NCBI GenBank assembly: GCA_944332225.1
Contig: CALVJO010000003.1
Coordinates: 12,482-76,481 of the forward strand
Source: an uncultured Bacilli bacterium
GTDB taxonomy: Bacteria; Bacillota_I; Bacilli_A; RFN20; CAG-449
DNA: 64,000 nt
Direction of reading: 5' to 3'
Below are positions 18,520 to 29,813 of the stretch, one piece after another. The number at the start of each line of letters is the position of its first letter. Positions within the stretch are counted from its first letter, which is position 1. The notes below the pieces were generated by a model. That model saw only the letters and a list, made by a program, of their open reading frames with translations, had not been told where the DNA came from and searched no databases. The translations under genes and the position numbers were made by a program.

Positions 18520-19526
18520 TGGAAAGATTGCTTTCTCCAAATTTAGAACAAGATGAAGAGCAAACAGATTTAACTTTGCGTCCTTTAACCTTAGATGAAT
18601 ATGTTGGCCAAGAGGAATTTAAAGATAATCTTAGAGTTTTTATTCATGCTTGTTTAATGAGAGATGAACCTTTAGATCATCTTTTATTGTATGGGCCTCC
18701 TGGATTAGGAAAAACAACTTTAGCTTATGTTATCGCTCATGAGCTTCATAGCAATATAAAGTTAATCAATGGACCTTCTATTGAGAAACCAGCCGATTTA
18801 GCTATGATCTTAACTAATCTAAATGAAGGGGATGTGTTGTTTATCGATGAGATACACAGGATTCCAAGAGTGGTTGAAGAGATACTTTATGAAGCGATGG
18901 AAGATTATAAATTAACATTTTTATTAGGTCATGATGAAGACGCTAGAAATGTATCTTTGCAATTGAAGCCGTTTACCTTAGTTGGAGCGACTACGAAGCC
19001 AGGTGATTTAACTTCTCCCCTTCGCGATCGATTTGGAATCACTTATCGATTAAATTATTATTCTTTAGATGAATTGACCAAAATTGTTAAAAGAACAGGT
19101 AAGGTTTTCCGTCTACCTATCAATGATGAAGCGGCTCAGGAAATTGCTAAAAGATCTCGAGGCACACCTAGAATCGCCAATAGAATTTATAGAAGAGTTA
19201 GAGATTTTGCAACTTTTTCTAACTTAGAATTAATTGATTTAGAGGCAACTTTAGAAGCCTTAGATAAATTAAAAATAGATGCTTTAGGTCTCGATGAGAT
19301 CGATAATCGATACTTAAATGCTTTAATTAAGAGATTTAATGGAGGACCGGTTGGGTTAGAAACATTGGCCTCATCGATAGGAGAAGAAGTGAGAAACCTT
19401 GAAGAAGTTTATGAACCTTATCTATTAAAATTAGGCCTTATCAATAAAACTCCTCGAGGTAGAGTAGCTACTTCTAAAGCTTTTGACCATTTAAAAATCT
19501 CACCATTTGCTTCCTTATTTGAATAG
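18519..19526 (+). CDS. ruvB: Holliday junction helicase subunit RuvB
   Basis: LRPLTLDEYVGQE, Walker A GPPGLGKTTLA, DEIHR. Confidence 0.9.
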   Translation: MERLLSPNLEQDEEQTDLTLRPLTLDEYVGQEEFKDNLRVFIHACLMRDEPLDHLLLYGPPGLGKTTLAYVIAHELHSNIKLINGPSIEKPADLAMILTNLNEGDVLFIDEIHRIPRVVEEILYEAMEDYKLTFLLGHDEDARNVSLQLKPFTLVGATTKPGDLTSPLRDRFGITYRLNYYSLDELTKIVKRTGKVFRLPINDEAAQEIAKRSRGTPRIANRIYRRVRDFATFSNLELIDLEATLEALDKLKIDALGLDEIDNRYLNALIKRFNGGPVGLETLASSIGEEVRNLEEVYEPYLLKLGLINKTPRGRVATSKAFDHLKISPFASLFE

Positions 19527-19632
19527 TAAAAAATTTTGTGTTGAAAATAAGGGGCGTACATTGTATATTTATAAACGATTAATTTATATATTTATAAATA
19601 TATAAAGATTTGTCTTTTTAAAAGGAGGAAAT

Positions 19633-22296
19633 ATGCGTCGTTTAATAGCCTACATTGTCTTAGTAGTCTCGATGTTAGGACTTGTATTATTTAATGTCCA
19701 ATCATCAAACGAAAGTCTAAATTTTTCCCAAGAATTTGATCAAGGTACTGAAGTTGTATATCAAATTAATGGAGCGGGAAACGAACAATTAACCAATATT
19801 GACATTGATTATATAGTTCAAGAAATGGGTGATAGACTTGAAAGCGCAGGTGCGACTAATTACACCATTCAACAATCAAATGACGGTGATACCGCCTACC
19901 AAGTTAGAATAGTTTTAGGAACTAGAAATACTTCAGATTTGGATAATATCTTAAGAAGCGTTTCTTCAAGCGGAGACTTCTCTATCTTTACAACCGATGG
20001 TACATATGGAACTAACTCTAATCCAATCATCGAAAATACAGCGGAAGTTTTCTACAATCAAAATAACCAAGCATATATTAGAGTTGAAGTTACCGAAGAG
20101 GTTCAAACCGTCTACGAGATGGCTAGAGATGAAGTAGGTGACGGACTCTTAGTCTTATGGCAAGGAAAAACTGATGATTTAGATTATATCGATTTATCGG
20201 ATCCTGATTATATTTCTTCTACTTTTGAGCAAACTGGAACACAGCTTCAATCAAAAGTTCTTGCCGTGATCGATACTTCAGAAGCGACTACTGAAGAAGG
20301 AACTGATTCTTCTACTACAGTTAGCCAAGCTATCGATAGAAACTGGAAAACGACAACTGGTGGCGAAACACCTTCAACGGGTGACGGCACATCGACTACC
20401 GTTGATAATTCAAATTTCACCGTCGAAGGCGAAGGAAATGACGCGACATATTATTTAACTTTTGCAGCTTATGGATACGCGGATAACCAAGAATCTCAAA
20501 CTGCGATGAACGCGAATTCAGCTCACTCATTTGAAAGAATGTTCAATCAAACTAGACTTGATGAATATGAAATCACTGAAATCTATCGTCAAAGATATGA
20601 TGCATCCTATGGTGAAAATGCTTTATTCCAAATCAATTTAACTTTAATTGTATCCGTAGTGTTAGTTAGCTTATTCTTATTAATATCCTATGGAATGATG
20701 GCAGTATCCGGAGTAGTTGGTTTATCATTAACTGCTCTTGCTGATATCATGATTTTAAATCTTTTCAATATCACATTTAATCCATTGACTGTGCTTGCAG
20801 TTGTCTGCACCTTAGGATTTGGTGTTAACATGCTTTGCGTCTACTACCGTCGCTTAAAAGATGAAGTATATCAAGGAAGACAAGTAAGCAAGGCTTCAGT
20901 TGAAGGATTTAGAAAGACTATCTCAACTGCGATCGATACAACTGTAATATTCTTTGTATTAGGTATCGTCTTATCTTTAATAGCTAGACAATCAATCTTA
21001 TCGTTCACTTTATTCTTTATCTTCTCATCATTATTAAGCGTTATCTTAGTCTTCTTATTATCTAGAGTTTTAAATCACTTCCTATTCAATTCTAAGATCG
21101 GAAATAACTATAAACTCTATAGAATTAACGAAGATGAAATTGACTTTGATGGCGATAAACAAATTGAAGTTAAAGAAAATACTCTTCAAAAAATTGATCC
21201 AAAGAAAACCTTTAAACCATTTGGATTTGGCTTATTAGCAACAACTCTTCTCTCAGCAGTTGTATTGTTAGGCTTCGGACTAGGTTCTACTGCCTTCAAT
21301 TTCACAAATTTTGAACCTATCGGAAGAATTGAAGTTAGAACTACTAATGAATATTTATTTAGAGATTATCTTCCTAGCGGAGTGGAATTTGATTCAGAGG
21401 CTACTCAAATTGAAAACTTTGTAACTTATATTGAATCATTAGATGAAAATATCAAAGTTACTGACTCTTGGATTATTACCGATCAAGCAAATCCATTTGA
21501 AGATGGTTCTAACTATCTCTACTTCTACTGTGATTTAGAGCAACCATTAGATATTAACTCCGATGCTTTTGTTGAATTAGAAAACTTCATTATCACCTAT
21601 GATGATGGAGTCGAGCATCTTGAACCTATCATTAACTCTTATACAGTTTATCCAGGTGTTGTAGTTTCAGACTTCCTTAATACATTCACTTTATTAGGAA
21701 CTAGCTTAGCTATCGTCTGCGTCTACTTCTTCATAAGATATCGTTTCACCTATGTTATCTCTTCATTAGTATCGATTATCGGTGGAAGCTTGCTAGCAAT
21801 TGGATTAGTATCATTGTTTAGAATCGAAGCAACCGTTTATGTTGGAGGAGCGATTCTTGCAGGAACATTATTATCATTACTATTCTTGATTCCTACCTTG
21901 ATTTCTATTAATCAAGCTAAGGCTGAATCTAAGGTAAAAATCACAACAGTTGAGCAAAGATTAGCTTTATTAACTAAGGCTTATAAGCGTAATGTTAATC
22001 AATTAGTCTTATCCTTTATCGGATTTATCTTATTATCATTAATTCTTATCCCTTGCTCACCAGTTAGTATGTTACCAATATATCTAGTATTCGCGATGAC
22101 TCTCTTGATTAATGGCATCTTAGTTACTTTCTTCGCTTATCCATTTGCCTACTATTTAGAAGGTAAATATACTGGAAGAGTAATCTCCGAAAGAAAAGCT
22201 AAGAGACTTGAAAAGAAGAGAAATAAGATTGCTCAACAAAATCGTAATCGTGGAGCAGAGCCAGAAGAAATCATCATTCCTGGTATCAACGATTAA
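19633..22296 (+). CDS. secDF: Fused protein-export membrane protein SecDF
   Basis: N-terminal TM, large periplasmic-type domain, two 6-TM blocks with SecD-like (VYYRRLKDE) and SecF-like segments. ruvAB-secDF-recJ synteny as in Bacillus. Confidence 0.65.
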   Translation: MRRLIAYIVLVVSMLGLVLFNVQSSNESLNFSQEFDQGTEVVYQINGAGNEQLTNIDIDYIVQEMGDRLESAGATNYTIQQSNDGDTAYQVRIVLGTRNTSDLDNILRSVSSSGDFSIFTTDGTYGTNSNPIIENTAEVFYNQNNQAYIRVEVTEEVQTVYEMARDEVGDGLLVLWQGKTDDLDYIDLSDPDYISSTFEQTGTQLQSKVLAVIDTSEATTEEGTDSSTTVSQAIDRNWKTTTGGETPSTGDGTSTTVDNSNFTVEGEGNDATYYLTFAAYGYADNQESQTAMNANSAHSFERMFNQTRLDEYEITEIYRQRYDASYGENALFQINLTLIVSVVLVSLFLLISYGMMAVSGVVGLSLTALADIMILNLFNITFNPLTVLAVVCTLGFGVNMLCVYYRRLKDEVYQGRQVSKASVEGFRKTISTAIDTTVIFFVLGIVLSLIARQSILSFTLFFIFSSLLSVILVFLLSRVLNHFLFNSKIGNNYKLYRINEDEIDFDGDKQIEVKENTLQKIDPKKTFKPFGFGLLATTLLSAVVLLGFGLGSTAFNFTNFEPIGRIEVRTTNEYLFRDYLPSGVEFDSEATQIENFVTYIESLDENIKVTDSWIITDQANPFEDGSNYLYFYCDLEQPLDINSDAFVELENFIITYDDGVEHLEPIINSYTVYPGVVVSDFLNTFTLLGTSLAIVCVYFFIRYRFTYVISSLVSIIGGSLLAIGLVSLFRIEATVYVGGAILAGTLLSLLFLIPTLISINQAKAESKVKITTVEQRLALLTKAYKRNVNQLVLSFIGFILLSLILIPCSPVSMLPIYLVFAMTLLINGILVTFFAYPFAYYLEGKYTGRVISERKAKRLEKKRNKIAQQNRNRGAEPEEIIIPGIND

Positions 22297-22302
22297 TTTT
22301 AT

Positions 22303-22330
22303 AGGCCGTGCAAGTCGCGGCCTTTATTAA
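22303..22330 (+). terminator. GC-rich hairpin terminator after secDF
   Basis: AGGCCGTG-CAAGT-CGCGGCCT followed by TTTATTAATTT. A conspicuous GC island in AT-rich DNA. Confidence 0.5.
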
Positions 22331-22347
22331 TTTAAAAAGGGGAATAT

Positions 22348-23958
22348 ATGCTTAACCAAGATTTAAAATTAAAAATATCTAAGTGTTTAAATGAAGATCT
22401 AGCTACTTTAGATAAATTAGCTGCTATTAGAACCGACGATAATAATTATTCTTCGCTTTTAGAACCTTTAGAAAATATCGAAGGGATAAATGATTTTTGT
22501 GATTATATTTTAAAAGGAATTAAAGATGGAAGTCGTTTTATTATTTATGGTGATTATGACGTGGATGGTTTAACTTCAACAACTATCATCTATCGGACTT
22601 TAAAACAATTAAATGTTAAAGATGTGGCGTATTACATCCCCTCAAGAGGAAATGATGGATACGGGATCAATCTAGATAGATGCCGCGATATCGTAAATAA
22701 TAATTATGATTTTGTGATTTTAGTGGATAACGGTGTCTCTCAGATTGAAGAAATCAAATTTTTAAAAGAGCATAACATTAAAGTAGCGATTATCGATCAT
22801 CATGAAATCATAGAAAGTAACCAAGAATATTTATCTTCGCTTCCTTTTGTTCATCCATGTAAAAGAATTAATGGAAATTATAATTCTTCCGCGGGATATC
22901 TTTCTTATATGGTTTCAAGAAAATTATTAAATCAGATTGATGAATATAATTTAATTTTAGGTTCATTATCGATATCAAGCGATGTTATGCCTTTAAAAGA
23001 ATATAATTACTTCACTTTAAAAGTTGGTCTTTACTTACTTAATCAAGAAAGACACAGAATGTGCAATATCTCCTATTTATCATCTAATAAAGAGAAACCG
23101 ATCGATGAGGATGATTTTGGATTTAATATCGTCCCTAAACTTAATGCTTTTTCTCGTTTAAATCCCGATAAAGCTGGGAATAAAATCGTTTCCTTTTTGC
23201 TAAGTGATGATAGGATGACAGTTTCTTTGTTAGCTAATAGATTGAATACTATAAATGAGAGAAGAAAAGAGTTAGTTAGGAATATCGTTTCTACTTTAGG
23301 CGACTTTTCATCAGAAAAAATTATCGTAGTTAATTTAAATGATGTAAATGAAGGAATATTAGGTTTAATCGCTTCTTCTTTATCATCTAAATACTGCGTT
23401 CCTTCCATAGTTTTAGCAAAATCTAAAGAGACGTTAAAAGGATCCCTTAGAAGCTATGGTGATTTTTCATTGACGTCATTAATTGATTATCTCCGTCCTT
23501 TATTGATTAAAGGAGGAGGGCATAATGAAGCGGGAGGAATCTCCTTAAAAGAAGAAAACTTCGCTCAATTAGTAGCTTCATGTAATGAGTATATGAAAGA
23601 TAAAGTTATTAAAAAGCTACCTCTTAAGGTGATTAAACTTGATGCTTGTGATCTAAATGAAGATTTATATGATTATATTAATAATTTAAGACCGTTTGGA
23701 AACGGTCATGAAAAAGTTAGATTCGGAATGGAATTTTACTCATCTCAAGTAAATTATATTGGAGCTAGACAAGAGCATATTAAAGTTAACTTTACTGCTT
23801 ACCAATCGTTGATAGGATTTAATATGAGCGAGCAAATTCATGATATAAATCTAGGTATCGGAAGCGTAGATAAAAATATCTTTAATAATAAAATTAGCTA
23901 CCAACTGAAGATTGAAAAAGTTGAAGACATAGCTTCTTCAGCAATTGAGTTAATTTAA
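22348..23958 (+). CDS. recJ: DHH-family single-stranded-DNA exonuclease RecJ-like
   Basis: DHH motifs IIYGDYDVDGLTS and IIDHHE, GGGH (DHHA1). Synteny after secDF. Confidence 0.7.
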   Translation: MLNQDLKLKISKCLNEDLATLDKLAAIRTDDNNYSSLLEPLENIEGINDFCDYILKGIKDGSRFIIYGDYDVDGLTSTTIIYRTLKQLNVKDVAYYIPSRGNDGYGINLDRCRDIVNNNYDFVILVDNGVSQIEEIKFLKEHNIKVAIIDHHEIIESNQEYLSSLPFVHPCKRINGNYNSSAGYLSYMVSRKLLNQIDEYNLILGSLSISSDVMPLKEYNYFTLKVGLYLLNQERHRMCNISYLSSNKEKPIDEDDFGFNIVPKLNAFSRLNPDKAGNKIVSFLLSDDRMTVSLLANRLNTINERRKELVRNIVSTLGDFSSEKIIVVNLNDVNEGILGLIASSLSSKYCVPSIVLAKSKETLKGSLRSYGDFSLTSLIDYLRPLLIKGGGHNEAGGISLKEENFAQLVASCNEYMKDKVIKKLPLKVIKLDACDLNEDLYDYINNLRPFGNGHEKVRFGMEFYSSQVNYIGARQEHIKVNFTAYQSLIGFNMSEQIHDINLGIGSVDKNIFNNKISYQLKIEKVEDIASSAIELI

Positions 23959-24058
23959 TAAATTAAGCTGTTTAAAAAAAACTCAAAAAATCTTCGATAT
24001 TTAATTAATAAAATATTATTCTTTAAATAGTAGATTTAATTCTAACAAGAGGTTAATT

Positions 24059-25261
24059 ATGGAAAACAATCATTACTATCTAGTCTTGGAAGTCACCTCA
24101 AAAGAAGTAAAGCTCCTCGCGGGGTATTCTTTAAATAATCAAATATATGTCTTAGATAAAGCCGAAATTGCGACTAACGGAGTTGAAGATGGCTATATTA
24201 CATCTTTAGATTCTGTAGCTAGAGCAATCACCATCGGATTAAGAGATTTTAAAGAGCATCTAAAATTCGATTTTAAGAAAGTTTTAGTGCTAGTTCCTTC
24301 AATGAATCTCCTATGCAAGGCTGATAACGGACAGACGACGACTGTTGATGGGAATAATTTAGTTCAGCATGTCGATACGATGAATATTTTGATGGCGATG
24401 AAAAAGCGTAATCAAAAGTTATTTCCTGAACATAAAATAATTGATATTGTCCCGGATACTTATTTATTAGAAGATTCTGAACCTTTAGACAATGAGCCTT
24501 TAGGTAAATATTCTCCATCTTTATCCTTGCACGGAATGATATATGGAGTAGATAAAGTATTAATCGAGCAATACTCAAAGCTTCTAGAGATGGTAAAGTT
24601 AGATTTAGAAAGATATATACCTTCCTGCTTCGCTTCAAGCTTATATCTATCATCTAAAGCTAAACTTCCAGATTCTTATATTTTATTAGATATTGGATTT
24701 AAGAAGACTACCATTTCTCAAATCCATAATAAGAATCAAATAATTAAATCTAAAATTTTCGTCTTTGGAGGCGATGATATCACAAAAGATATCCAAAAGA
24801 AGTTTAATCTAAGCTATGAGGATGCTAAGAATTTAAAATTGAAATATGGCCTTGATAAAGAACCTTCCTTCAATTTAGAAATTGCACCTAAGGTGACTAT
24901 ATATTTATTAAAGGAAACTATTCAAGAAACTTTAAAGAAAAATTTAGCTTTGATTAAAGATGTGATTGATAATGAATTCGATGTTATTGATGACACACCT
25001 CTAATCTTGATAGGTGGAACATCAAATTTAAATAATATATATCCGGAGATTGCTAATGAATTAGAAAGAACGGTTTATAACTTTGATTGCGACAACATCG
25101 GGGCTAGAAATAAAAACTTAATAAATTTATTAGGCGGCATCAAATATCTCGCTCAGCGAAGCTTAGTTTCTGAAGAAGAAAATCTATCTTCCACGATCAC
25201 GAGAATCGATACTAAAAAAATTGATAACAAAAAGAAATATAAATTTGATGAAGAATTATAG
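24059..25261 (+). CDS. ftsA: Cell division protein FtsA (actin-like)
   Basis: N-terminal YYLVLEVTSKEVKLLAG, GGDDIT and LIGGTSNL actin-fold motifs. Immediately upstream of ftsZ. Confidence 0.65.
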   Translation: MENNHYYLVLEVTSKEVKLLAGYSLNNQIYVLDKAEIATNGVEDGYITSLDSVARAITIGLRDFKEHLKFDFKKVLVLVPSMNLLCKADNGQTTTVDGNNLVQHVDTMNILMAMKKRNQKLFPEHKIIDIVPDTYLLEDSEPLDNEPLGKYSPSLSLHGMIYGVDKVLIEQYSKLLEMVKLDLERYIPSCFASSLYLSSKAKLPDSYILLDIGFKKTTISQIHNKNQIIKSKIFVFGGDDITKDIQKKFNLSYEDAKNLKLKYGLDKEPSFNLEIAPKVTIYLLKETIQETLKKNLALIKDVIDNEFDVIDDTPLILIGGTSNLNNIYPEIANELERTVYNFDCDNIGARNKNLINLLGGIKYLAQRSLVSEEENLSSTITRIDTKKIDNKKKYKFDEEL

Positions 25262-25270
25262 GAGGGAAAT

Positions 25271-26392
25271 ATGGACGAATACTTAGAATATGATGAAATG
25301 TCTCCTCAAGAAGAGGAAGAAGTTAATTTAGATGCTTTTGAATCTGTGGCTAAAATCGTAGTCATCGGATGCGGTGGCGGAGGATGTAACGCGGTTAATC
25401 AGATGGTTAAAGAGAATCTTTTAGGAGTTACCTTCTACGCTTTTAATACCGACGCTCAAGCATTAGCAAACGCAAAAGCGGAACATAAATTAGTGCTTGG
25501 TAAGAACTACACCAAAGGTTTAGGAGCAGGAGGAGATCCTTTAAAAGGAAGAAAGGCAGCTGAATCATCAATTGATGAGATTAGAAATGTAGTCTCTGGA
25601 GCAAATATGGTTTTCATAGCAGCAGGTATGGGCGGAGGTACTGGTACCGGCGCGGCTCCTGTGGTTGCTAAAGTTAGTAAAGAATCTGGGGCCTTAACTA
25701 TTGCTATAGTTACTCGTCCATTCTCTTTTGAAGGTGAAAGAAGAAAGAAAAATTCAATTGATGGAATCAATGAACTTAAAAAATATGTTGATGCTTTCAT
25801 CATCGTTTCTAATGATAAATTAATGGTCATGAACGGAACGAGACCATGCTTAGAAGCTTTTGCTGAGGCTGATTCTGTTTTGGTTCAAGCAGTTAAAACA
25901 ATCACTGATTTAATTGTTTTACCAGGAATTATTAACTTAGATTTTGCTGATGTCAGGGCAACTTTAGAATCTAAAGGACTAGCGATGATCGGTTTTGGTT
26001 CGGCTAAAGGGGCTAAGAAAGCTCACGATGCCGCGCAGAACGCTTTATCATCTCCTTTACTCGAAGCTTCAATTAAAGGAGCTCATTCAATATTAGTCAA
26101 TGTGACGGTAGGAAAGAATGTTTCTCTTGATGAAGTTAAAGAAGCTATCGATTATATTACTTCCTCGGCTGATAACAATCCAAATATCATCTTTGGGGTT
26201 CAAAATAATTTAGATTTAAATGATGAGATGATGCTTTCAATAGTCGCGACTGAATTTGATTCATCAATCGATCCTCTCAGCGAAGATTCTTTGAAGAACT
26301 TTATTCCTTCAATCAATAAAGATGAAGAGGAAGAGGATGAAGAAGATGATGTCTTACCATCATTTCTTAACAAGATAGTTAATCAAGATTAG
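25271..26392 (+). CDS. ftsZ: Cell division GTPase FtsZ
   Basis: Tubulin signature [27 protein letters not shown]7 loop. Acidic C-terminal tail. Confidence 0.9.
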   Translation: MDEYLEYDEMSPQEEEEVNLDAFESVAKIVVIGCGGGGCNAVNQMVKENLLGVTFYAFNTDAQALANAKAEHKLVLGKNYTKGLGAGGDPLKGRKAAESSIDEIRNVVSGANMVFIAAGMGGGTGTGAAPVVAKVSKESGALTIAIVTRPFSFEGERRKKNSIDGINELKKYVDAFIIVSNDKLMVMNGTRPCLEAFAEADSVLVQAVKTITDLIVLPGIINLDFADVRATLESKGLAMIGFGSAKGAKKAHDAAQNALSSPLLEASIKGAHSILVNVTVGKNVSLDEVKEAIDYITSSADNNPNIIFGVQNNLDLNDEMMLSIVATEFDSSIDPLSEDSLKNFIPSINKDEEEEDEEDDVLPSFLNKIVNQD

Positions 26393-26403
26393 ATAGGTTT
26401 ATT

Positions 26404-27435
26404 ATGGATAATAACGTTGAATTAATTGAACAATCTGCTTTAAAAGAGATTGAAAGCGCAGCTTCTCTTGAGCAAATTAATAATATTAAAATTAAATATC
26501 TTTCAAAAAAAAGCGAGTTACTATCTTTGCTTCAAAATATGAAGAGCTTAGAAAAGGAACAAAAGATCGCTTTAGGAATGAAAGTCAATAAGGCTAAAGA
26601 AACTATTACTAATGCATTAGAAGAAAAAAGAGTAGCTTTAGAAAAAGAAGCCTTAGAAAAGAAATTGCAAGAGCAAAAAATTGATATCACCTTAGACGGA
26701 AATGATTTTTCTAGAGGATCAATGCATCCTTTTAACATCATTGTTAAAGAGATGGTCGATATCTTTTCATCGATGGGATATGAGATTGTAGAAGGCCCTG
26801 AAAAAGAGCTTGATCATTTCAACTTTGAGCTTTTGAATGTTCCAAAAGATCATCCGGCTAGAGATATGCAAGATACTTTCTTTATTAATGATAAAGAATT
26901 ATTAAGAAGCCAAACTTCACCGGTTCAAGCTAGAGTCATGCTATCAAGAAATGGTAAAGGACCGATTAAAATCATCTCTCCTGGAAAAGTGTTTAGACGA
27001 GATGATGATGCGACTCATTCTCATCAATTTGGTCAAGTTGAAGGTTTAGTAATCGATAAGAACATCTCTTTAGGCGATTTATTAGGAACCTTACAACTAT
27101 TTGTTAAAAAGATGTTTGGTGAAAAAAGAGAAATTAGAATGAGATCATCATATTTCCCATTCACCGAGCCATCGGTCGAAGTTGATATCTCTTGTTTTGA
27201 ATGCGGAGGTAAAGGCTGCTCCCTATGTAAAGGAACTGGATGGATTGAGATTCTAGGAGCGGGAATGGTTCATCCTAACGTCTTAAAAATGTGTAATTTT
27301 AATGTTGATGAGTATCAAGGTTTTGCCTTTGGTATCGGAATTGAAAGAACAGCGATGCTTAAATATGGCATCGATGATATTCGTCGTTTCTACTCAAATG
27401 ACATTAGATTCTTAAAACAGTTTGATGAGGAATAA
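26404..27435 (+). CDS. pheS: Phenylalanyl-tRNA synthetase alpha subunit
   Basis: Class II motifs ([28 protein letters not shown]). Confidence 0.9.
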   Translation: MDNNVELIEQSALKEIESAASLEQINNIKIKYLSKKSELLSLLQNMKSLEKEQKIALGMKVNKAKETITNALEEKRVALEKEALEKKLQEQKIDITLDGNDFSRGSMHPFNIIVKEMVDIFSSMGYEIVEGPEKELDHFNFELLNVPKDHPARDMQDTFFINDKELLRSQTSPVQARVMLSRNGKGPIKIISPGKVFRRDDDATHSHQFGQVEGLVIDKNISLGDLLGTLQLFVKKMFGEKREIRMRSSYFPFTEPSVEVDISCFECGGKGCSLCKGTGWIEILGAGMVHPNVLKMCNFNVDEYQGFAFGIGIERTAMLKYGIDDIRRFYSNDIRFLKQFDEE

Positions 27436-27437
27436 AT

Positions 27438-29813
27438 ATGAAAGCATCGATTAATTTATTAAAGCAATTTATTGATTTAGAAAATATTTCAGTTCAAGAA
27501 ATCGCTGCTAAATTAACTTTTTCTGGATTAGAGGTGGAAGGAATAGAATATTTAGCAAGAGGAACTAATTTAGTCATCGGTCAAATTATCGAACTTGAAA
27601 ATCATCCTTCTAGCGACCATCTCCATGTTTTAAAAGTTGATTTAGGTCCTAAATACGGAATCACTCAAATCGTTTGCGGGGCAAAAAACGTCTCTCTTGG
27701 AATGAAAGTTATTGTAGCTAGAGTCGGCGCGAAGATTGGTTTTGATGATATCGAGATTAAAAAAGGAGTAATTAGAGGAGTTGAATCAAACGGAATGTGC
27801 TGCTCCTTAGTTGAGCTTGGAGTTGATAAATCTCTTTTAAGCGAAGAGCAGATTAACGGAATTGAAAGACTTCCTGACGATAGCGAGGTCGGTAATGAAC
27901 ATGTTTTAGAATACTTGCACCTCGATGATGTCATATTAGATATAAATGTTTTAGCTAATCGATCCGATTGTTTAGCTATCTTATCATTAGCTAAGGAGCT
28001 AAAGGCTTTATTTTCTAGAAAATTAACTCTTCCGGAAACTAAGGAATTTAACACTTTTGAATCAAAATTAAAAATTGATTTAAGAGCCAAAAAATGTTAT
28101 CAATTCTCTTTAGTTGAGGCTCGAGATATAGTCGTGAAAGAATCACCTATCTGGCTTAAAAATTATCTTCGTTCCGAAGGAATTCGTTCAATTAATAATA
28201 TAGTTGATATCGGAAATTATTTAATGATCTTAACCGGTCAACCTCTTCACATGTATGATTTAGATGAATTCAATACGGATACTTTTATAGTTGATGATGA
28301 GTATGTTGGTTCCTTCACTGCTTTAAATGATAAAGAATATTCCTTAGTTAAAGGTGATATCGTCATTAGATCTCGCGATTCAATAGGTTGCTTAGGTGGA
28401 GTGATGGGGGCTAAATCTTGCTTTGTAAATGAAAATAGCAAGAATATAGCAATCGAGGTAGCTTCTTTTGATGGAGCTTCGGTGCGTCATACTTCTAAAC
28501 GATTAGGTTTATCTTCTGATTCATCTTCTCGTTTTATTAAAGGAATCAACCCATCTCAAGCTCATTATGTATTAAATCTTGCGATGCAATTAATTGAGTC
28601 ACTTGCTGAAGGAAAATCTTTTTCAAATATTATCGAAGTTGATAAAGTTGATCATTCAAAGACGGTGATTAAAACAACTTTTGATTATATTAATCACCGT
28701 TTAGGAACGAATTTTTCATCTTCTCAAATTATTAATACTTTATCTTCTTTAGGAATTGTAATTGAATCTGATGAAGATAATTTAACTTGTACCATCCCAG
28801 ATCATAGAATCGATATTAAATGCGACGCGGATCTATCAGAAGAAGTTATTCGTTTGATTGGATTAGATAATGTTAAATCTACTCTTCCAAGCATGGAAAC
28901 CACGATAGGTGGCTATGATGAAGAGAAAAATAAACGTGAAAAAATTAGAGAGCATTTAATAGCAAGAGGATTAAACGAAGTTTTAACTTATTCTTTAGTA
29001 TCTAAAGAAGAAAACGTAAATTTAATTCCTTTAAATAGCGATCAAGAAGTTAAGATTTTAAATCCGATGACTAGCGATCATGAAGTCTTGAGACGAGGAT
29101 TGATTCCTTCTTTAATCAAAACTTTAAAATATAATTTAGATCATCAAAATGAAAATATTTCCATCTTTGAAATAAGCGAGATTACCACGGAGAATGAAAC
29201 ATTTGAAGAATTAGCTGTCTTGCTTAATGGCAAAAAAATGCTTCAAGGATTATTGAGAGATGAGCCTTATTCATTCTATGATGTTAAAGGAATCTTTGAA
29301 TCTATTCTTAAAATCTTAAATATCGATGCGACGAGATTAAAAATTAAGGAATATAATTCTTCAGCGGATTTTAATCCATATCAAAGCGCGGGAGTCTATC
29401 TTCAAAATAAGCTTGTCGCAGTTATCGGGATGATTCATCCATCAATCTCTAAAGATTATGGAGACACATATGTTTTAGATATCTTGTTAGATTCTTTATT
29501 AAATTTAAAAACATCAAAGAAGAAGATGGAGAAAATTTCTAAGTATCCTTCAAGAAATAGAGATTATTGTTTCATTGTCAAAAAAGATATTAAAGTTGAA
29601 GAAATCATCACATTGATCAAAAAGTCTTCAAAAGAAATCATTAAAAACGTTCAAGTCTTCGATGTTTATGCTTTAGATGATTCTAAATCAGTCGCTTTGA
29701 GAGTAACTTATCAATCCCTTGAAAAAACTCTTAGCGATTCTGATATTAATCCAATTGAAAATAATATCTTAACAACTTTACAAAGTAAACTAGGAGCCTA
29801 TTTGCGTGATTAA
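27438..29813 (+). CDS. pheT: Phenylalanyl-tRNA synthetase beta subunit
   Basis: tRNA-binding N-domain, B3/4, B5, FDT anticodon-binding domains, ~790 aa. Follows pheS. Confidence 0.9.
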   Translation: MKASINLLKQFIDLENISVQEIAAKLTFSGLEVEGIEYLARGTNLVIGQIIELENHPSSDHLHVLKVDLGPKYGITQIVCGAKNVSLGMKVIVARVGAKIGFDDIEIKKGVIRGVESNGMCCSLVELGVDKSLLSEEQINGIERLPDDSEVGNEHVLEYLHLDDVILDINVLANRSDCLAILSLAKELKALFSRKLTLPETKEFNTFESKLKIDLRAKKCYQFSLVEARDIVVKESPIWLKNYLRSEGIRSINNIVDIGNYLMILTGQPLHMYDLDEFNTDTFIVDDEYVGSFTALNDKEYSLVKGDIVIRSRDSIGCLGGVMGAKSCFVNENSKNIAIEVASFDGASVRHTSKRLGLSSDSSSRFIKGINPSQAHYVLNLAMQLIESLAEGKSFSNIIEVDKVDHSKTVIKTTFDYINHRLGTNFSSSQIINTLSSLGIVIESDEDNLTCTIPDHRIDIKCDADLSEEVIRLIGLDNVKSTLPSMETTIGGYDEEKNKREKIREHLIARGLNEVLTYSLVSKEENVNLIPLNSDQEVKILNPMTSDHEVLRRGLIPSLIKTLKYNLDHQNENISIFEISEITTENETFEELAVLLNGKKMLQGLLRDEPYSFYDVKGIFESILKILNIDATRLKIKEYNSSADFNPYQSAGVYLQNKLVAVIGMIHPSISKDYGDTYVLDILLDSLLNLKTSKKKMEKISKYPSRNRDYCFIVKKDIKVEEIITLIKKSSKEIIKNVQVFDVYALDDSKSVALRVTYQSLEKTLSDSDINPIENNILTTLQSKLGAYLRD

